Shown here: in pieces, positions 25,331-40,480 of the stretch | Layout of the letters: every line of letters begins with the position of its first letter | Numbering within the stretch: the stretch's first letter is position 1 | Notes under the pieces: model-generated | Databases searched by the model: none | Seen by the model: the letters and a program-made list of their open reading frames with translations, nothing else | What the model was told of the DNA's origin: nothing | Source of the DNA: Eledone cirrhosa | Taxonomy: Eukaryota | Direction: 5' to 3' | Assembly (NCBI GenBank): GCA_964016885.1 | Contig: OZ024749.1 | Location: 20,956,001 to 21,020,000, forward strand | DNA length: 64,000 nucleotides | Position numbers and translations under genes: made by a program

Positions 25331-27819
25331 TATCTATTCCACTATATAACCTGACAGACAAGCAATGTGGTAACAACGTTGCCTTAATTAACCAGAGTGA
25401 GTGAAGATGAAACAACGATACAATCAGCTTACACTATCCTCTTCCCTTCCACTAATAATCACAGCCAGACACTGCCATCATCAGTAATGGGTTGAAGAAG
25501 CAGGTTCTCAGATATAGAACAATTAACTACCATCAACACCAACCATAACCACCACACCAACTATCACCACTACTACCTCAACTACAGACATCACTGCCAC
25601 AACATACTTTCCACACATACAATCAATCAGTCCATTTGTTTCAACATGACAATTACAGCTTCTTTTGTTAGTTACTACGACAACAATAACACTAAACACT
25701 ACTACCACAATATATTCTCCATTGATCTATATGCAAACCAAACCAACCAACCATGAGCAATGAGCTCTCTTTTGTTAGTTATAACATGGACACTAAACAA
25801 CAACACCACCACCACCAGCCAGTGAGTCCAACATAACCATATTTCACCAACCCAGGTGTGTGAAACCTCATTCAATTAAGACACCCACTACATCTCATGC
25901 TAAATAAACCTGTTCACATTACTTCTGACCACATTCTCCTTTGCATTGTTTGTTCCTGAGTTCAAATCCTAATAGAGATAGAATTAAAATTTAAAGCACA
26001 CACCCATGCAGGTTTAGCTGACCTCCTATGAGGTATCCCAAAGGTTTCTTGGGTGTTTTAATGACAGGGGCCCCAAGTCCTATCAATACTCTACATGTTA
26101 CAGCTGATTCCCATGCAGGTTTAGCTGGCCTCTTAAAAATGGTCCGTGTCATCAACACTACATGTTATAAGCTTTCACCTATGTAGATTTAACAGGCTCC
26201 AGTCCTATACTGAAAAAAAAAAACAATATGAAATGAAGCTCAAGAACAAACACACTGCCTGGTTTAGACATTAAACCCACAGCTTTATTGTCAGGAGTTC
26301 AATACCCCAACCACAAAATATGAAGCTATTGTCAAAGGGATTATTTCATTAGTTCTAACCCAATCAGCTCTTGAGAACTTCTGATTTTATGATACAAAAC
26401 CCCAGTTTTAAAATGTGCATATTTTTATCAAAAATCCTCCACAATTTTATTTGCTGATTGATTGACAAGATCCCAGACCTCATTCACGTCAAATCGGACC
26501 ATGGAAACTTTTGTTTCCATTGCTGATACTATCTACTGGTCACAACTCCTGACAGAAAGAGCAACATGAAATAAAGTATCTTGCTCAAGGACATAACATC
26601 ACCCGGTCCAAGAATTGAACTCACAACCTCATGATTGAGAATCCAATTCTCTGACCACCACACACCTTCATAAATTATTTAAATACTTAATTTTATTAAA
26701 AACCCCTTTTATGAAATTAAATTCTAAACATCGATTTCAGTAAATCCATTTATATTACTCACTTTCAAACCAATCAATAACCATAGATACTGTATGCTAA
26801 TGTGATCAGAGATTGACCTTGTCCACAGACACAAACCTTTCAGTATTTGTCCCCTTATATTATCACGATGCCCAGTACCTTTTAATAGGGAATTCATGAA
26901 ACATTTAAAACCCTGAATCTGCCATCCCAGAAACTTCCAAAGGATCGGTTTTCCAAATGTTATCCAAGGGGCTTTGATAGATCTGAGGCAAAGGCAGAAG
27001 ATACTGATATACATCACTACATACTGAACTTCATAGCCACGCATGTGGTACTCACAAAACAAGCTCCATAACTACACAGCGTGTTAAATGATTACACAAC
27101 CACATGTCAGTCACTTATCACACAAGCTTCATTGCCACACAACCATGCATGCTTCCAAACATCAACTATTGATCTCCCAGATAGGCCAGGGATCTGTAAC
27201 TCACTTATGTATGGTCTCACGTTCTACTGAGAACAGAGGAGAGGTTGTCATGTCTTAGACACAACTGAAGGGTCATCCTAACCCTTGGTTTGGCCAACTT
27301 TCTACAGCTGGATGCTGTACATAAAATAAATAAACCTGTAGGCTTTGAAAATCAGAATGTAAACAAGTATCCCACAGACATTTGAATATTAATGTAATCC
27401 TCAGCCAGATACAGCATGGTAGTTGGAAATGGCTGTGGTCTTTGAATTAGAGGTACAATCTATCTGACAGTCTTCCACAGTATCCAGGTGTATTGAATAC
27501 CCAGATGCATGTGGACTAGAGGTTGAGAACAGCGACAAGTCTTTCCCAATACCAACAACTTCACAAAATGTTCTGGGAGAAGTTTGTTTACTCAAATGCA
27601 TTCACAAGGTTTGGGTTGACTGAGGCTATGGGTAAAGGAGCACTCCAATATATAACATAGTGTGATCAAAACTGGGACCTTACGATACCAATATTTCAGC
27701 GTGATCAAATGACACACTGCTGTCAAAAATACAATATTGCTCTAAAGTAGTATCTACCAATCAGTTTACAACGAAGGAGCCCCTGTCTATTCAAATTAAT
27801 CTTCCAGAGACCCTAGGCA

Positions 27820-28000
27820 TTTGAATACCTAGGTGTGGACTAGAGGTTGACAACAGCAAGGTGTAGTGAATACCCAGGTGTGTGTGTGGACTAGAGGTTG
27901 ACAACAGCGAGGTATAGTAAATACCCAGTGGGTGTGGACTAGAAATTGACAACAGCGAGGTGTAGTGAATACCTAGGTGTATGTGGACTAGAAGTTAACA
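27820..28000. repeat. ~45-bp tandem repeat, 4 copies
   Basis: GAATACC(C/T)AGGTGTG..GGACTAGAGGTTGACAACAGCGAGGTGTA; a further copy at ~27485-27535. Confidence 0.8.
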
Positions 28001-29115
28001 GTATCAACCAAGTGTTTCCAGTTTAGAATTGAGAAATTGTCATGTACAACCCATGACAGCATGGAAAAGTCAATATACAAACGAAAGACAACCTCCATAT
28101 CCCCTTAAGGTGTTTGCAAGATTGAACACACAACAATGCAATAACAATTAGATCTATGGCATGGAGGAAGGAGGACACACAACATTAAACCTGCCTGTAT
28201 ATCTTGTTTTAGACTGCGGCCATGGTGTGGCACCGTCTCAAAGGGATTTTTATTCAATCATATTGATCCCTATCCATCACTTTTCATTGAACAGAGAAAT
28301 TAAAAGGACACAACACAGTAAACGTTAATACAGACATGGACGTACACACATGACGGACTTGTATACAGTTTCTGACTACCAAATTTGACATACAGAGCAA
28401 TTGGTCAACCGGAAGCTGCAGTAGAAGGTATACAATGGACCTGAACCCCAAGACACATAGTTGTGTAGCTAACCTCAATCACAGTCATGCCTGCAGCTAT
28501 ACATACATGTATGTGATGTATTCTATTGACTGAGGGGCTTCTTAATCGACAGCTAAACCCACCATTAAAACGCTAGACATGTGGAGGCTGTGTTTAAAAC
28601 AAGACTAAGAGGGGGGGGCGGGGGCAGAAAGGAAGGAACAGCCTTCTAGCAGCTTATGAGTGAGGAGTAGGAAGGGAAAAGGAGGCAGGCAAAGAAGGGA
28701 GACAAGTTAGCAGGGATTTATTGCAGTAGGTTCAGTTATTAGAACAGCCCCCCCACCCCACCCAGAAGGGCAATAGTAGTACAGGTGACTTTAAACCTAA
28801 CTTTACCTTGCTGTTTAACCCCCTCTCTCTTACTACAAACAACGAAATTATAAACACTACTCCCACTTCACACCATCAATACTGTGTGACAAGTACCACC
28901 ACTAATAGTGGTAACAAGCACTGTTACTACCTCTATAACCAATACCGTGACCCCCCCCTCCCTCATACTATTACCGCCACTACACCTCCATCATCAATAC
29001 CATGACCAACACTCCTCATACTATTACCACCACCAATCTTGAAGTAGGCACCACTACACCTCCATCAATACCGTGACCAACACCACTCATACTATTACCA
29101 CTACTACTACTACTA

Positions 29116-29302
29116 ATTGTTTCTACTTTTTGGCACTAGGCCATCAATTACCCAGTGCATTACTGGTACTTTATTTTATCGACCCCGTAAGGATGAAAGG
29201 CAAAGTTAACCTCGGCGGGATTTGAACTCAGACCGCAAAGGGACGTAACTATGCTGGAAAGCATGGCGTCCGACCCTCTACCGATACTGCCAATCCACCG
29301 CC
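29116..29302 (-). mobile_element. SINE family B, near full length
   Basis: Complete head (GGGCGGTGGATTGGCAGTATCGGTAGAG) to tail on the minus strand, flanked by (CTA)n. Confidence 0.88.
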
Positions 29303-31949
29303 CTACCACTACTACTAATAATGCAAGGGACAAAAGACAAAAGACCAGCAAGCTGGAGAGCTATGTCAACCAAGGAAGCAAGGTGAACAATGTACAAACA
29401 TCCCCACCACCACCAATAAACAAGGGATATTACATCCCCCTCTCATTAACCTCCTACCACAGTACTGTTAACACTCCCTCACGCTGTCATCTATACATGA
29501 CAGAGTGGAAGAGAGAGAAAGGCAGCTTTACTACATTTTTATCTCTCTGTTAAATTATGATGATTTGCGCAAATCTGGCAACTACTTCAGAATATACACA
29601 CACGTGTATGTATAGAGAAATATGTACACACGTGCGTGTGTGTGTGTGTGTGTCTCTGTATGTATGTGGAAAAAGGGGGGAAAAATCGCACGGGTGAATT
29701 AACAGATAGACCACGTGATTAATAAACACCGATCTGAAAACGCGGAAAAAAATTATATACACAACAAACTTGGAGAATATATATACATATATCAATTTCA
29801 TATAAAGCACGAGGACTAGAGTATTTAAAAGGTAAAAAAAAAAACCCTAAGGTTTTAGATAAAATACACAGGGCGAAGTTAAACCGTGAATACCTCCCCT
29901 CCCACACATAGTAAAGTCATACAGTGTATATGTGTGCCTTCTTTGTCTGGGAACAAAGACAATTTCAGGCGGCTCCGATGTGTGTATATTCACACACACA
30001 TGCGCACAAGTACACGTGTGTGTTAACCAAATTTCTGCAAATTACAGAAGAATGATCTTTCTATCTCTCGAATATATATATATATATATATAATTTAATT
30101 CAAAACCAGTAAAACTTCACTTTAAGACATTTAAAAATTAACAAGCCATATCTTTGTGTCATATATATAACATGTTAATTATAAAAGAATGCTGTTAACT
30201 GAAGTGACAGAGAAAGGCTTTCATATTTAAGAAGCCAGTGTGTGTGTGTGTCTACAACCAAGTGAGAGAAAGAAAGAGAGACAAGCAAGCCAGTTAGCTA
30301 TGTTAGTTAAAACACACCATACACGGTGTAGAGAGAGAGAAAGAGATAGAACTACTACTACCCCTGGGTTTTTATAACTACTATCCTTCCCTTCCTCTCT
30401 AGACAGAGAGGGATCGTTGAAACATTGATTAGGTCAAGCAAACACTCTCTCTCTCTCTCTCTATATATATATACACACACATTGTATAGCAAACACAATG
30501 TACAGAGAACGCAGTCACAATCACACATACTTCCTTTAGAGTCGACCACACTGTAGTTTTTATTCTTTATTTTTGGCAATCTTAGCAACTAAAACATCTA
30601 AGCATAGATTGTCGATTTGTCTGTGTGTACCTCGTCGCTATACACACATCTTCCCAGGGCTGGCATGTGTGTAAGTACATATATACACGCGCATGGAGTA
30701 AAATCCCAATGGAAGGCTTCTCTACATAGGGTCGACGGAATTCATAATATGTATACCACACACGTAAGGAACAGAATAAATAATGGTTTCATTAAATTGT
30801 AAACCATAGAAGTTACTGCCATTTTTCTCTTAATCTTACAATCCGTTTGTAACAAGCTTCTCCATTTCGCCCTATCATCTATATATACACCCGCCACCAC
30901 CTTGGCTTTCGTTCCTTCCACCACAGAAAATAAAATCTTCACTATATGTACGTACGTTACTCTTTAAAGAGTAACGTAAGGTGCTGAGAATAAAGACGAG
31001 ATAGGGACAGCGCTCGTGTTACGAACATCCATCCGTACCAGTCAACTACTACGGTCTGATATAATCGTCTTTTCCCTACCCCCACAAATCGTTGGCCTCG
31101 TGCCTAAATTAGAAAGCATTTTGGCAGTATCGGTAGAGGGTCGGGCGCCATGCTTTGACGTATAGAGTTACGGCTCTTGCCATTCTGAGTTCAAATCCAG
31201 CTGAGGTTAACTTTGCCTTTCATCCTTATGGGGTTGATAAAATAAAGTACCAGTAATACACTGCTGGCCTTGTGCCAAACGTAGAAACAATTATTCTTAA
31301 TCTTAAGATGATTTCATTAGAATGCGAGATACCCTTAACTGTTTCGACATACAGGCACCATATTACGATTAATGGACCTCCGTCGGTCACAACGATTCAC
31401 CCTCCAGTTACTCAGGTCACTGGAACGGCCCACACGTGAAAATAACGTGTGGGCGACTGAGTAACCCACATGCACATGTAATCATAGGGCAATTAATTCT
31501 CGGGGAGATTCAGCCAGACTCAATCCATATCACTGTCTCCTTAAAATTACAGGTACAGACCACCTGACTTCACCAAGACCTACATCGACCCAGGGGTCTG
31601 GTAGAACAGCCGAAATACGAAGGAACTGGATCGAACCCGGTACCTATAGATAGCGAAGCGAATTTCTTGACCAATGGGCGGCCATGTTAACGACCGCTTT
31701 TTCCCTGCTAGCAAGGGTTGGTACAGGTCTACATATTATAACAGTCAGGACTAGAGCGGAGCTACTGACCTGCCAAACAAGCTGTGGAAGAAGGCAGGGA
31801 GGGGGTTTGTATCTCATCGACACACCACGGTCTCACGTCCTACCGACTGCACCAAGAAAGGCTGTCATGTCTTTGACACATTCAATTGAAGGGTCCCCCC
31901 CTCCCCCCCTATACTGCACAGGCAGCGACACATACGGTTTTCTAACATT

Positions 31950-32092
31950 ACCTTTACGGTTCGAAATTAGAAAAGCTAGACTAATTGCGCATGCTCCGCC
32001 CACATATATTGCACATTAGGGTCCGCGCACTGAACTTCGCAGCAAATCCGGCGAGATATTTTCATTTTTTTCTAATTTCGAACCGTAAAGAT
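31950..32092. mobile_element. unclassified MITE-like inverted-repeat element
   Basis: CTTTACGGTTCGAAATTAGAAAA ... TTTTCTAATTTCGAACCGTAAAG (23-bp perfect IR) around a CpG-rich core. Confidence 0.7.
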
Positions 32093-32893
32093 GTGAATGC
32101 ATACACACCGCACTTCAAACACACACACACGCCACGTCTGTGACGGTCATCCGTCGGTTTCGACGACGAGTTTTCCAGCAGATATTCCAACAACGGAACA
32201 GCCTGCTCGTGGAATATAAATTAACGTGTAAGTAGCTAGCTAAACATTCCATATACACGCGCACCCTTGACGTAGTTCTCAGGGAGATCTGGTACGGCTG
32301 TGTGTGTGTGCTGAACCTTTGAATTGCAGGTCAGGTACTATTCATTTTTGTCAGCTGAATGGGCTAGAACAATGTGAAATAAAGTCTCTTGCTCAAGGAC
32401 ACAAAACGCAGGTGAGAATCGAACGCACGACCATACGAATGTGAGACCAACACACTTAGCTACTAAGCCATGCACCTTCACACACACACACGTGTCCACA
32501 GAATTCTGCACTCTACTACAGAACATATACTACACACAAAATTATACATACATACAAGACAAAAGATTAGCTGTGTGATGATGTGGTATATGTATGCATA
32601 TATATATATAATGCGATTTTAGAATTTCAGAGAAAGAACCCATATTTTATATATTTAGATATCAATCTCAGATAGAGAAATAATTTTTTGCTAAAAAATA
32701 AATAAAATGGTTAAATGCCACTTCCTATATATATATATATATATATATATATAATGCATAATAGAATCTTTGTATGTCTTACACACACACAGTGATAAAT
32801 TGTTTCCAGCACTTGATATCAAACAGCAAATCTTTTAAAGACTTGCTAGGATTACGAAGCGTGCGTATGAATGTACATGCGCGTATGTGTATG

Positions 32894-32953
<60 letters not shown>

Positions 32954-33847
32954 GGAATGTATGTATGTGTGTATGTATGTATGTGTGTATATATATACAC
33001 ATACAGACCTAAAATGTGTGGGTGTTGACTGTTTGAAAAAATACATTGAATGTGAAGCAAAGACCTAATAAAATACATTCTATAATCTAACACACACACA
33101 CACACCATCATCACATCACGACTCTTTTACGTCCGCTATCCATGTTGGCATGATCCACCCAAGGGCCACATCTAAATCATATTCAAATTTTTGGCATGGT
33201 GTCTATAAAGAGATATCTTTCCTAACGCCAAGCACTGTACAGAGTGTATACACACACACACATATATATCAAACTGGTATGACAGAGTGGTAGGTTTGTA
33301 CCGTTGTGACCAGTCATCCTGGTGGGGCTCATCCCTCATCAGACCCTAACACAACCTGGTACTTTATCGACTCCAAAAGGAACAAAAACGCCGGTAGCTG
33401 ACCTCAGCAGAATTTGAACTAGGTCTACAGGGAACCGGAACAACAATTGACCGACAATCCAATAACTCTGCCAACTCGTCGTATAAATAATATAGACACA
33501 GACATATATAGATATATTTCATTAGTTTCTGACCAGATTCCTTGTGAACCGAAACGGAATTAATTCTGTAAAGCCAGGATATAATAAAGTGCATCACAAC
33601 TCTATACGGTGGGCTATCGAGCACTTTGTATCTATGCGCCTTGCTTTTATTAGCGAAATACATCACACTCATCCACACGCACGCACTATATACATGGCTC
33701 TACACACACACAGCAATGACAATCTTATGTTCTGAGTTCAAATTCCGCTGAGGTTAACTTTGCCTTTCATCCTTACGAGGTCGATAAAATAAAGTACCAG
33801 TAATGCTCTGGAATAATTGCTGGCTTTGTGCCAAAAGTAGAATCAAT

Positions 33848-33878
<31 letters not shown>

Positions 33879-35507
33879 CCGTCCCTAAAGCGTGCTTGAG
33901 GACTGCTCCCACGACCCTCTCAGGAATAAGTAAGCAAAAAAAATGTATGTTAGCAGTGAAAATAGGAGCAGGGAGTTTTCGTGCGCAAGTGTAAATGTCA
34001 TCTGTTTGACAAATGACCTTTAAACAAGAAGCTCCCAGACGCCACTGAATCACTGGTATAGCTTCACAACCATAATTTACAATATAGGACATTCGCTCTA
34101 GCCATGCAACGAATGCCGTTTCTCCAGTTTGGACAACTACATACATGAGGAAAAGAACGTAAAAAGGATGAATTAAAAAGATTGGTTTTCAATATCAGAA
34201 GCAGTTATGTTACCCCAGACTGCAATATGTATGTGTGTGTGTGTATATATATATACACACACGCATGTACAGTATACCACACATTCAAATTTAGCAGGTA
34301 AGGGTATACATATATATATACAGATATTTTATTACACGGTATGCGAATATGCATCTTATAGTTACTTCATAAACTCACTCACACACGCACACACATACAA
34401 TGTATGTGTGTACGTTATGTATATATTAGCTACCACATAGAAACCAACAGAACCATTAGTCAAACCTATACTATAAATATATGTCCACATATCACACAAA
34501 CTGGCGTATAAGTCGCAACTGCATTCATCATCTTCGTTTAACGTCCATCTTCCACGCTAGCATGGGTTAGACGGGAGTTGTCCCACTTGAGGCAAGGTAG
34601 GTCGGGTGACCATGTCTCGGTCATATAGGACTATCTGGCAGGTTTTCTACAGCTGGATGCCCTTCCTAACACCAACCCCATTTACAGTGTGGAACTGGGA
34701 ACTTTTTTACCTACCTACACGACCACATTACAGCGTGGGCTTTTTTTTTTTTTTTTGTCGTGACACCTACACGATCTCGATTATTCTAAATACATTTCCA
34801 AAAACTGAATCCTGACGTACGTTTGTGGGGAAACAGTGCGACTTATACACGAGCACAGAGTATATGTACACACACAATGAAAAGTAAAAAAAAGGGGGGG
34901 GGGTCTAGAAGAACCCGAATAAGCTCATGGGCACTGCCCTTCTCAAAGTGTTTTTAAAAATATCGCTATTGCACTAATCACAGACTAAGGTTTCGATTCC
35001 ACCCATCTCCCCGTTATAAACAATTTCTAATTAATGGTGAACACCCCACGTATTTAACTGGTTCTTTATAGCCCTGGAAGAATGAACGCTAAAATTGACC
35101 TCGACGAGGCTGAAACAAATACCACAAAGTATCTTGTGCGATCCTCTACCGATTCTGTCAATGAACCTTGGCTTCTCGACATGCTAAAAACAACAGCAAA
35201 ACCTACAGCAAATTACGCACTGCTGTCTCAATGAAAAGCCACACTATCATGATTGGAAGGCTTTTGGTCATCTAAGTTCATTTAAAAGTCGGGAAGAGGG
35301 CTAAAACATACATAGCAAAGTAATATGGCTAGTTATACACACGTGATTGAGTGTATATACATATATATACACACAGATACACATATACAAGTTTATATAC
35401 TACACACATACAAGCATATATGTAGATGCAATTGTTCACATACCAAGATTAGTCTCACATCAGTAAATCTATCTGCGCACTAGTGTTCTGACATTATATA
35501 TGTACAC

Positions 35508-35561
<54 letters not shown>

Positions 35562-36782
35562 TAAAAAATGAAATTTACCGTTCACATGTATGTTTAGCTG
35601 ACCTCCTACAAATTCATGTGAAGTTTCTTGGGTGTAAAAAAAAATAGAGACCCAACTCAGCCTTATCAACACTATATATACAGCTCACATAAGAGGATTT
35701 ATCTGACCTACGTGGTTACATTTCACAGGAGACATTATTGGGATGGAGGAGAGCTTCAAAAACAGTTGAGGGAACCCCCAGTCGTATTATGAAAGGAAAC
35801 ATGAAATGAAGCGTCTTGCTCAAGAAGACAACGCGCCGCTCGGTCCAAGAGCTCAGACACAACACACACACATAAGTGTGTATATACATATATATATATA
35901 TGGTGTATATACATTCTACGCGTTTGTTATACATGCATATATATTATAAACATAGGTAATTCGGTTAACGTTCGTAAAATGAATGGTATTAAATACGCGA
36001 GGGAGGGGCATTACTACCACAACATATATACATATGTGTTGTAGAAGAGGCATGAAAAATGTCAGACTTGTCATAATGGTGATGAAAGAGAACGCCAGTT
36101 AGTTATATAGCTATAAAATATACACTATGTTAGACAGCGTATATATATACACACACACACATATATTTGAAGCACATCAAAAGTACCACTCATAAAGCAT
36201 GTATATTTTACACACACACACACACGTAATGTATATATAATCGATACACATACGTTACTTAAACTGGCGAGGAGGTATGTATGTATATGAAACACAAGCT
36301 ATAACTATATCACACAACTTTATGGACGAAATTTACACGCACACACATATCTATACATACATACTATTTTACGTTAGTTCTTTTTTTAATTCGGAGTTAA
36401 ATAAAACCCAGTCAAAGCCGATGTTCCATTTCATGCTTCCGGGGAGATCGATAAATTTATGTACCAGCCAAAACAACTGGTATTGATTTGATCACCCCCC
36501 CCCTCTCCATATCATTTGTGGTCCTGTTTTATCTGTTAAAAAATATATCCTTAATATATCATATCAACAATGCCTTTCATCATTCTGGCAGGTGGGGGAA
36601 GGCCCAACATATAATTAGGGTACCAGCAATGTACGGAGAGGAGGAGTGGGGTGTTCGTCTAACCGACTAAATACTATAAACATTCCACCACCACCTCCAG
36701 GGAGAAGCGGATCACGGACAATAGAGGCCGAAACATGACAAAAATATCTCGTCTGACTCACCAAATTCAATGCCTACACACA

Positions 36783-36945
36783 CAAGAGTTGGCTGAAAAA
36801 GTTCAGATTGACTATGAAGGAGAGATGCTAGAGCTGTGAAATTTTGCATGCATTAATTTCAACTGTTACTATGTTGAAAAATAAACCTCATTTGGTCATT
36901 CCATGAGTATCTTGGACATTCTATGAACTTTTCAGCCGACCCTCG
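36783..36945. mobile_element. mariner-type MITE
   Basis: TIR (TA)CGAGGGTCGGCTGAAAAGTTCATAG; further copies at ~48448-48590 and 48623-48816. Confidence 0.75.
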
Positions 36946-36966
36946 TATGTGTGTGTGAGTATATAT

Positions 36967-37305
36967 GGAGGCACATGGCTTAGTGGTTAGAGCATTGGCC
37001 TTGCAATCGAAAGGTTGTGAGTTCAATTCTCAGACCGGGTGATGTGTTGTTTCCTTGAGCAAGACACTTTATTTCACATTGCTCCAGTTTACTCAGCTGT
37101 AGAAATGAGATGATAGGGACTGGGGTCCAAATCATTCCACTGCAAAGTGGTCGTGGAGGCGCCACGGCAAAAAAGCACCCAGCACTCACTGTAAATGAGG
37201 TTGGTGTTAGGAAGGGCATCCAGCTGTATAAATCAAGCCAGAATTAGTTCCCGTCCCACCCTTGCAAGCAGGGAAAAATGGACGTAAAATGAAATGATGA
37301 TGATG
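36967..37305 (+). mobile_element. SINE family A, full length
   Basis: A and B boxes, central domain, GGACGTAAAATGA(TGA)n tail. Confidence 0.88.
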
Positions 37306-40300
37306 ATATATATATGAGCTTGAGCATGCTAAATGAAACTTGGTGGTGAATTGTGACTTCGATCTCGAATGTCAATTATTCACTCGTCTCTCCCTTCCTC
37401 TTTCTACATTATCATCATCATCATCAGTAACGAAATCCAATCACTATTGAACATGGTCGATCAAGACAAGGAAAAGCATATGGAGGAGAACAAAAAGTGT
37501 ATATAAAGGGTGACGTTGGGAGAGGGTAACAGCAGGTATTTAAGGACAATAGATCTCATTTGAAAAACGAAAATACGCCATCCAATTCACCGGATTCATT
37601 TTGCATGCTCCGTTCACACACACGAGCTGACGAAGGAACACCAACGAGTGCGTGTGTATATATATATATATATATGTGTATATACACACACACACGCACG
37701 AAAAAAAAAGCAATGAACCCGACGAAATATTTTCTTTATCGACAAACGAGTTAAATCTATTGTCAAACACTCCCAGTCCTACAAAAAAGGTGAGGGAAGA
37801 AGAAAGGAAAGGACAGGAAGCTACCGGCATTGACATCCCTCCGATGCATGCATCATCATCATTACCACCACCACACTACGAACAAACGAACCTTATACGT
37901 GGTCACTTAAACTAATGGAAACAACACCAGCAAAAATCTCATCCAAAGTGTCTAAGACACACTGGACAGTTCAGTGCTCTCAGAATGATCGGAAAGGTCT
38001 GGCGTGTGATAAATGAAATGGGGGTTTACATTTAGAAAGTATAAGAGTTAGATAGAGAGAGATATAAGGACTATCAAATGGGATGGGGGCTACATAGGTT
38101 TAAAAAGTATAAGAAATACACGAGAGAGAAATCGTGATGAGAAGAGACAAAGAAAAATTATAAGCTCCCTACATTATCAATTCTTTCGCATTAAACTATT
38201 ACTATTAACGATTAAATGATACAACTACCACCACTACTACTATTAACAAGTAATAGTGTTCATTTTGCCTTTCATCCTTACGGGGTCGATAAAATAAAGT
38301 ACAAGTAATACACTGGTGTAATAGCTGGCCTTGTGCCAAAAGTAGAAACAATTATATTAGGACTGAGTGACGTGCGTGTAATATATATATATATACATAT
38401 CCATGTGTGCTCGAGATTAATAAAGGACAGCGGTTTTATATTAGATTTACTTACACAAAGGATACAGTTTAGCCTCACCCTTCACTGTGTGTGTGTGTAT
38501 ATGTATATACATTTATATACAGTATGTATAAAAACATCTACAAAATGTGTACAGCTTCACACAATCTTGTGTATATTAACTACACACACAAAGGATAGAA
38601 ATAGTTTAGCTTCACACTGTGTGTGTACACATCAGATCACAAACTTGTATATAAATTACACACACACACACATCTGGTTAAGGTGCTTTCGTTAGAGACA
38701 TGCTTTCAAGCGACATTCGTCGTATGCACACACACACACAATGAACTTTAGCACTTTCAACGCTAACATCTTGCTTGAATCATAAAACATCATTAATCCA
38801 AATATATAATATATATAGTTCCTATTTCAACATCAGACACATATATACATACATTTGATTACATATTACAGTAGCTATTCTAACTAATGGGCTTAATAAA
38901 GCAACCATTTTATATTAATATATGCATATGGATTGTATAACAATCCAGACATATATATATATATATATATACATACACACAGACATGTATATAAATTATT
39001 GACATTAAACCAAGACAAATGTAATCAGATTATATATAATCATATACACATTACTTACTAACTATACACACGACAACTTTACAATGACAAAGAACAGACA
39101 ACTTTACAATGACAAAGCTATTTGTATGTCTGTACTTTTATATATATATATATATTGAATACATATGTACATGCACACATAAAACAGTAGTGAAACTTCG
39201 AAGTTACAGTAATCCTTCAGTATATATATGTGTGTGATCATGATGGAACATAATGAGATTGTAAATTCTATTGTGTATGTGTGTGTGTGTGTGTATATAT
39301 ATATATACATACACATAGGATCGCCAACGAGAATCTCTAAGTAGATTCACATTAAACACAGCTTTGAATATATATATATATATGTGTGCGTGTGTATATA
39401 AGAGTAGATGAAATCATATGGGTGTAGATTAAATATCACTCTTGTATCAGTATAAAAAGAGGAAAAACTAAAGGTGTATGTATGTATATATAGTCATATT
39501 ATTGGCAAACCAGGAAACCTCAACTAGCAACAGAGTATAATCTAGGTAATATAATATATACAACATCCCAACAAGCTGATGTATATATGATCCCGCACTT
39601 AATATATATACATGTGTATGTGTATATATATGACTGCATGATGCACGATACGGTATGCACACGTGTATAAAAGTAAGTACATACTTAGTTATGTGTATGA
39701 CATACAATACATAAACACACACATTACATGTACTATAGAAATATGGGCGTGAAGTTATCCATATCACACATACATATACACGCGCATACAAAAGTTACAC
39801 ACAAGACATGCATGTCTTAAAACATAACATACAGATCTATCTCTATATAAAAATATACATACACACAAATCTACACTATGTATAAATAACTGACATTTTA
39901 CACATTTAAAGAGCATAGAAATATTTTAATAAAATTATAGATTTTCAAACTTGCTAGTCTATACACACCTATATTGTATAATGTACACAACACATTTATT
40001 AACATTACATATGTAATTATATATACACACTGTATTCATTGTGTACATATACTATATCCATGTAGTGTATAAGTACTAACATACGTACGCATATACATAC
40101 ACACACACTCATGCATGCATATATATACTACAAACACATTGTGCTATTCAATTTGCTCCGTAAAAGTGGAAGAGGAAGAGATAGACTTCAACGTGAAGTT
40201 AAGGTAGATAAACATATTTAAATGAAATGTGTACATACATACATATATATATATATTATACACAGATCTGTAACTAAACGTTAGTATGTATATATACATT

Positions 40301-40324
40301 TGTGTGTATGTTTATACTACTTAC

Positions 40325-40480
40325 CCGTTCATTATTTTCAAAACACCACCGAGAAAAAAAGCGCGTCGAGTCCGAATGTCTCTCAAGAAAAACCACTTGC
40401 TTCAGTTGCAAATGGCGGTAAAAAAAACGTCTCCACGCGGGGTAGCCGCTCTACGATACCCGGATGTCAAACGGGGAATA
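40325..40480 (-). other. candidate first exon of a minus-strand gene
   Basis: CpG-rich unique sequence ending AAAATAATGAACGG|GTAAGTA (strong donor, ATG-AAC-GG). Contains YY1-like CCGCCATTT and ETS-like CCGGATGT. 5' boundary is uncertain. Confidence 0.5.
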
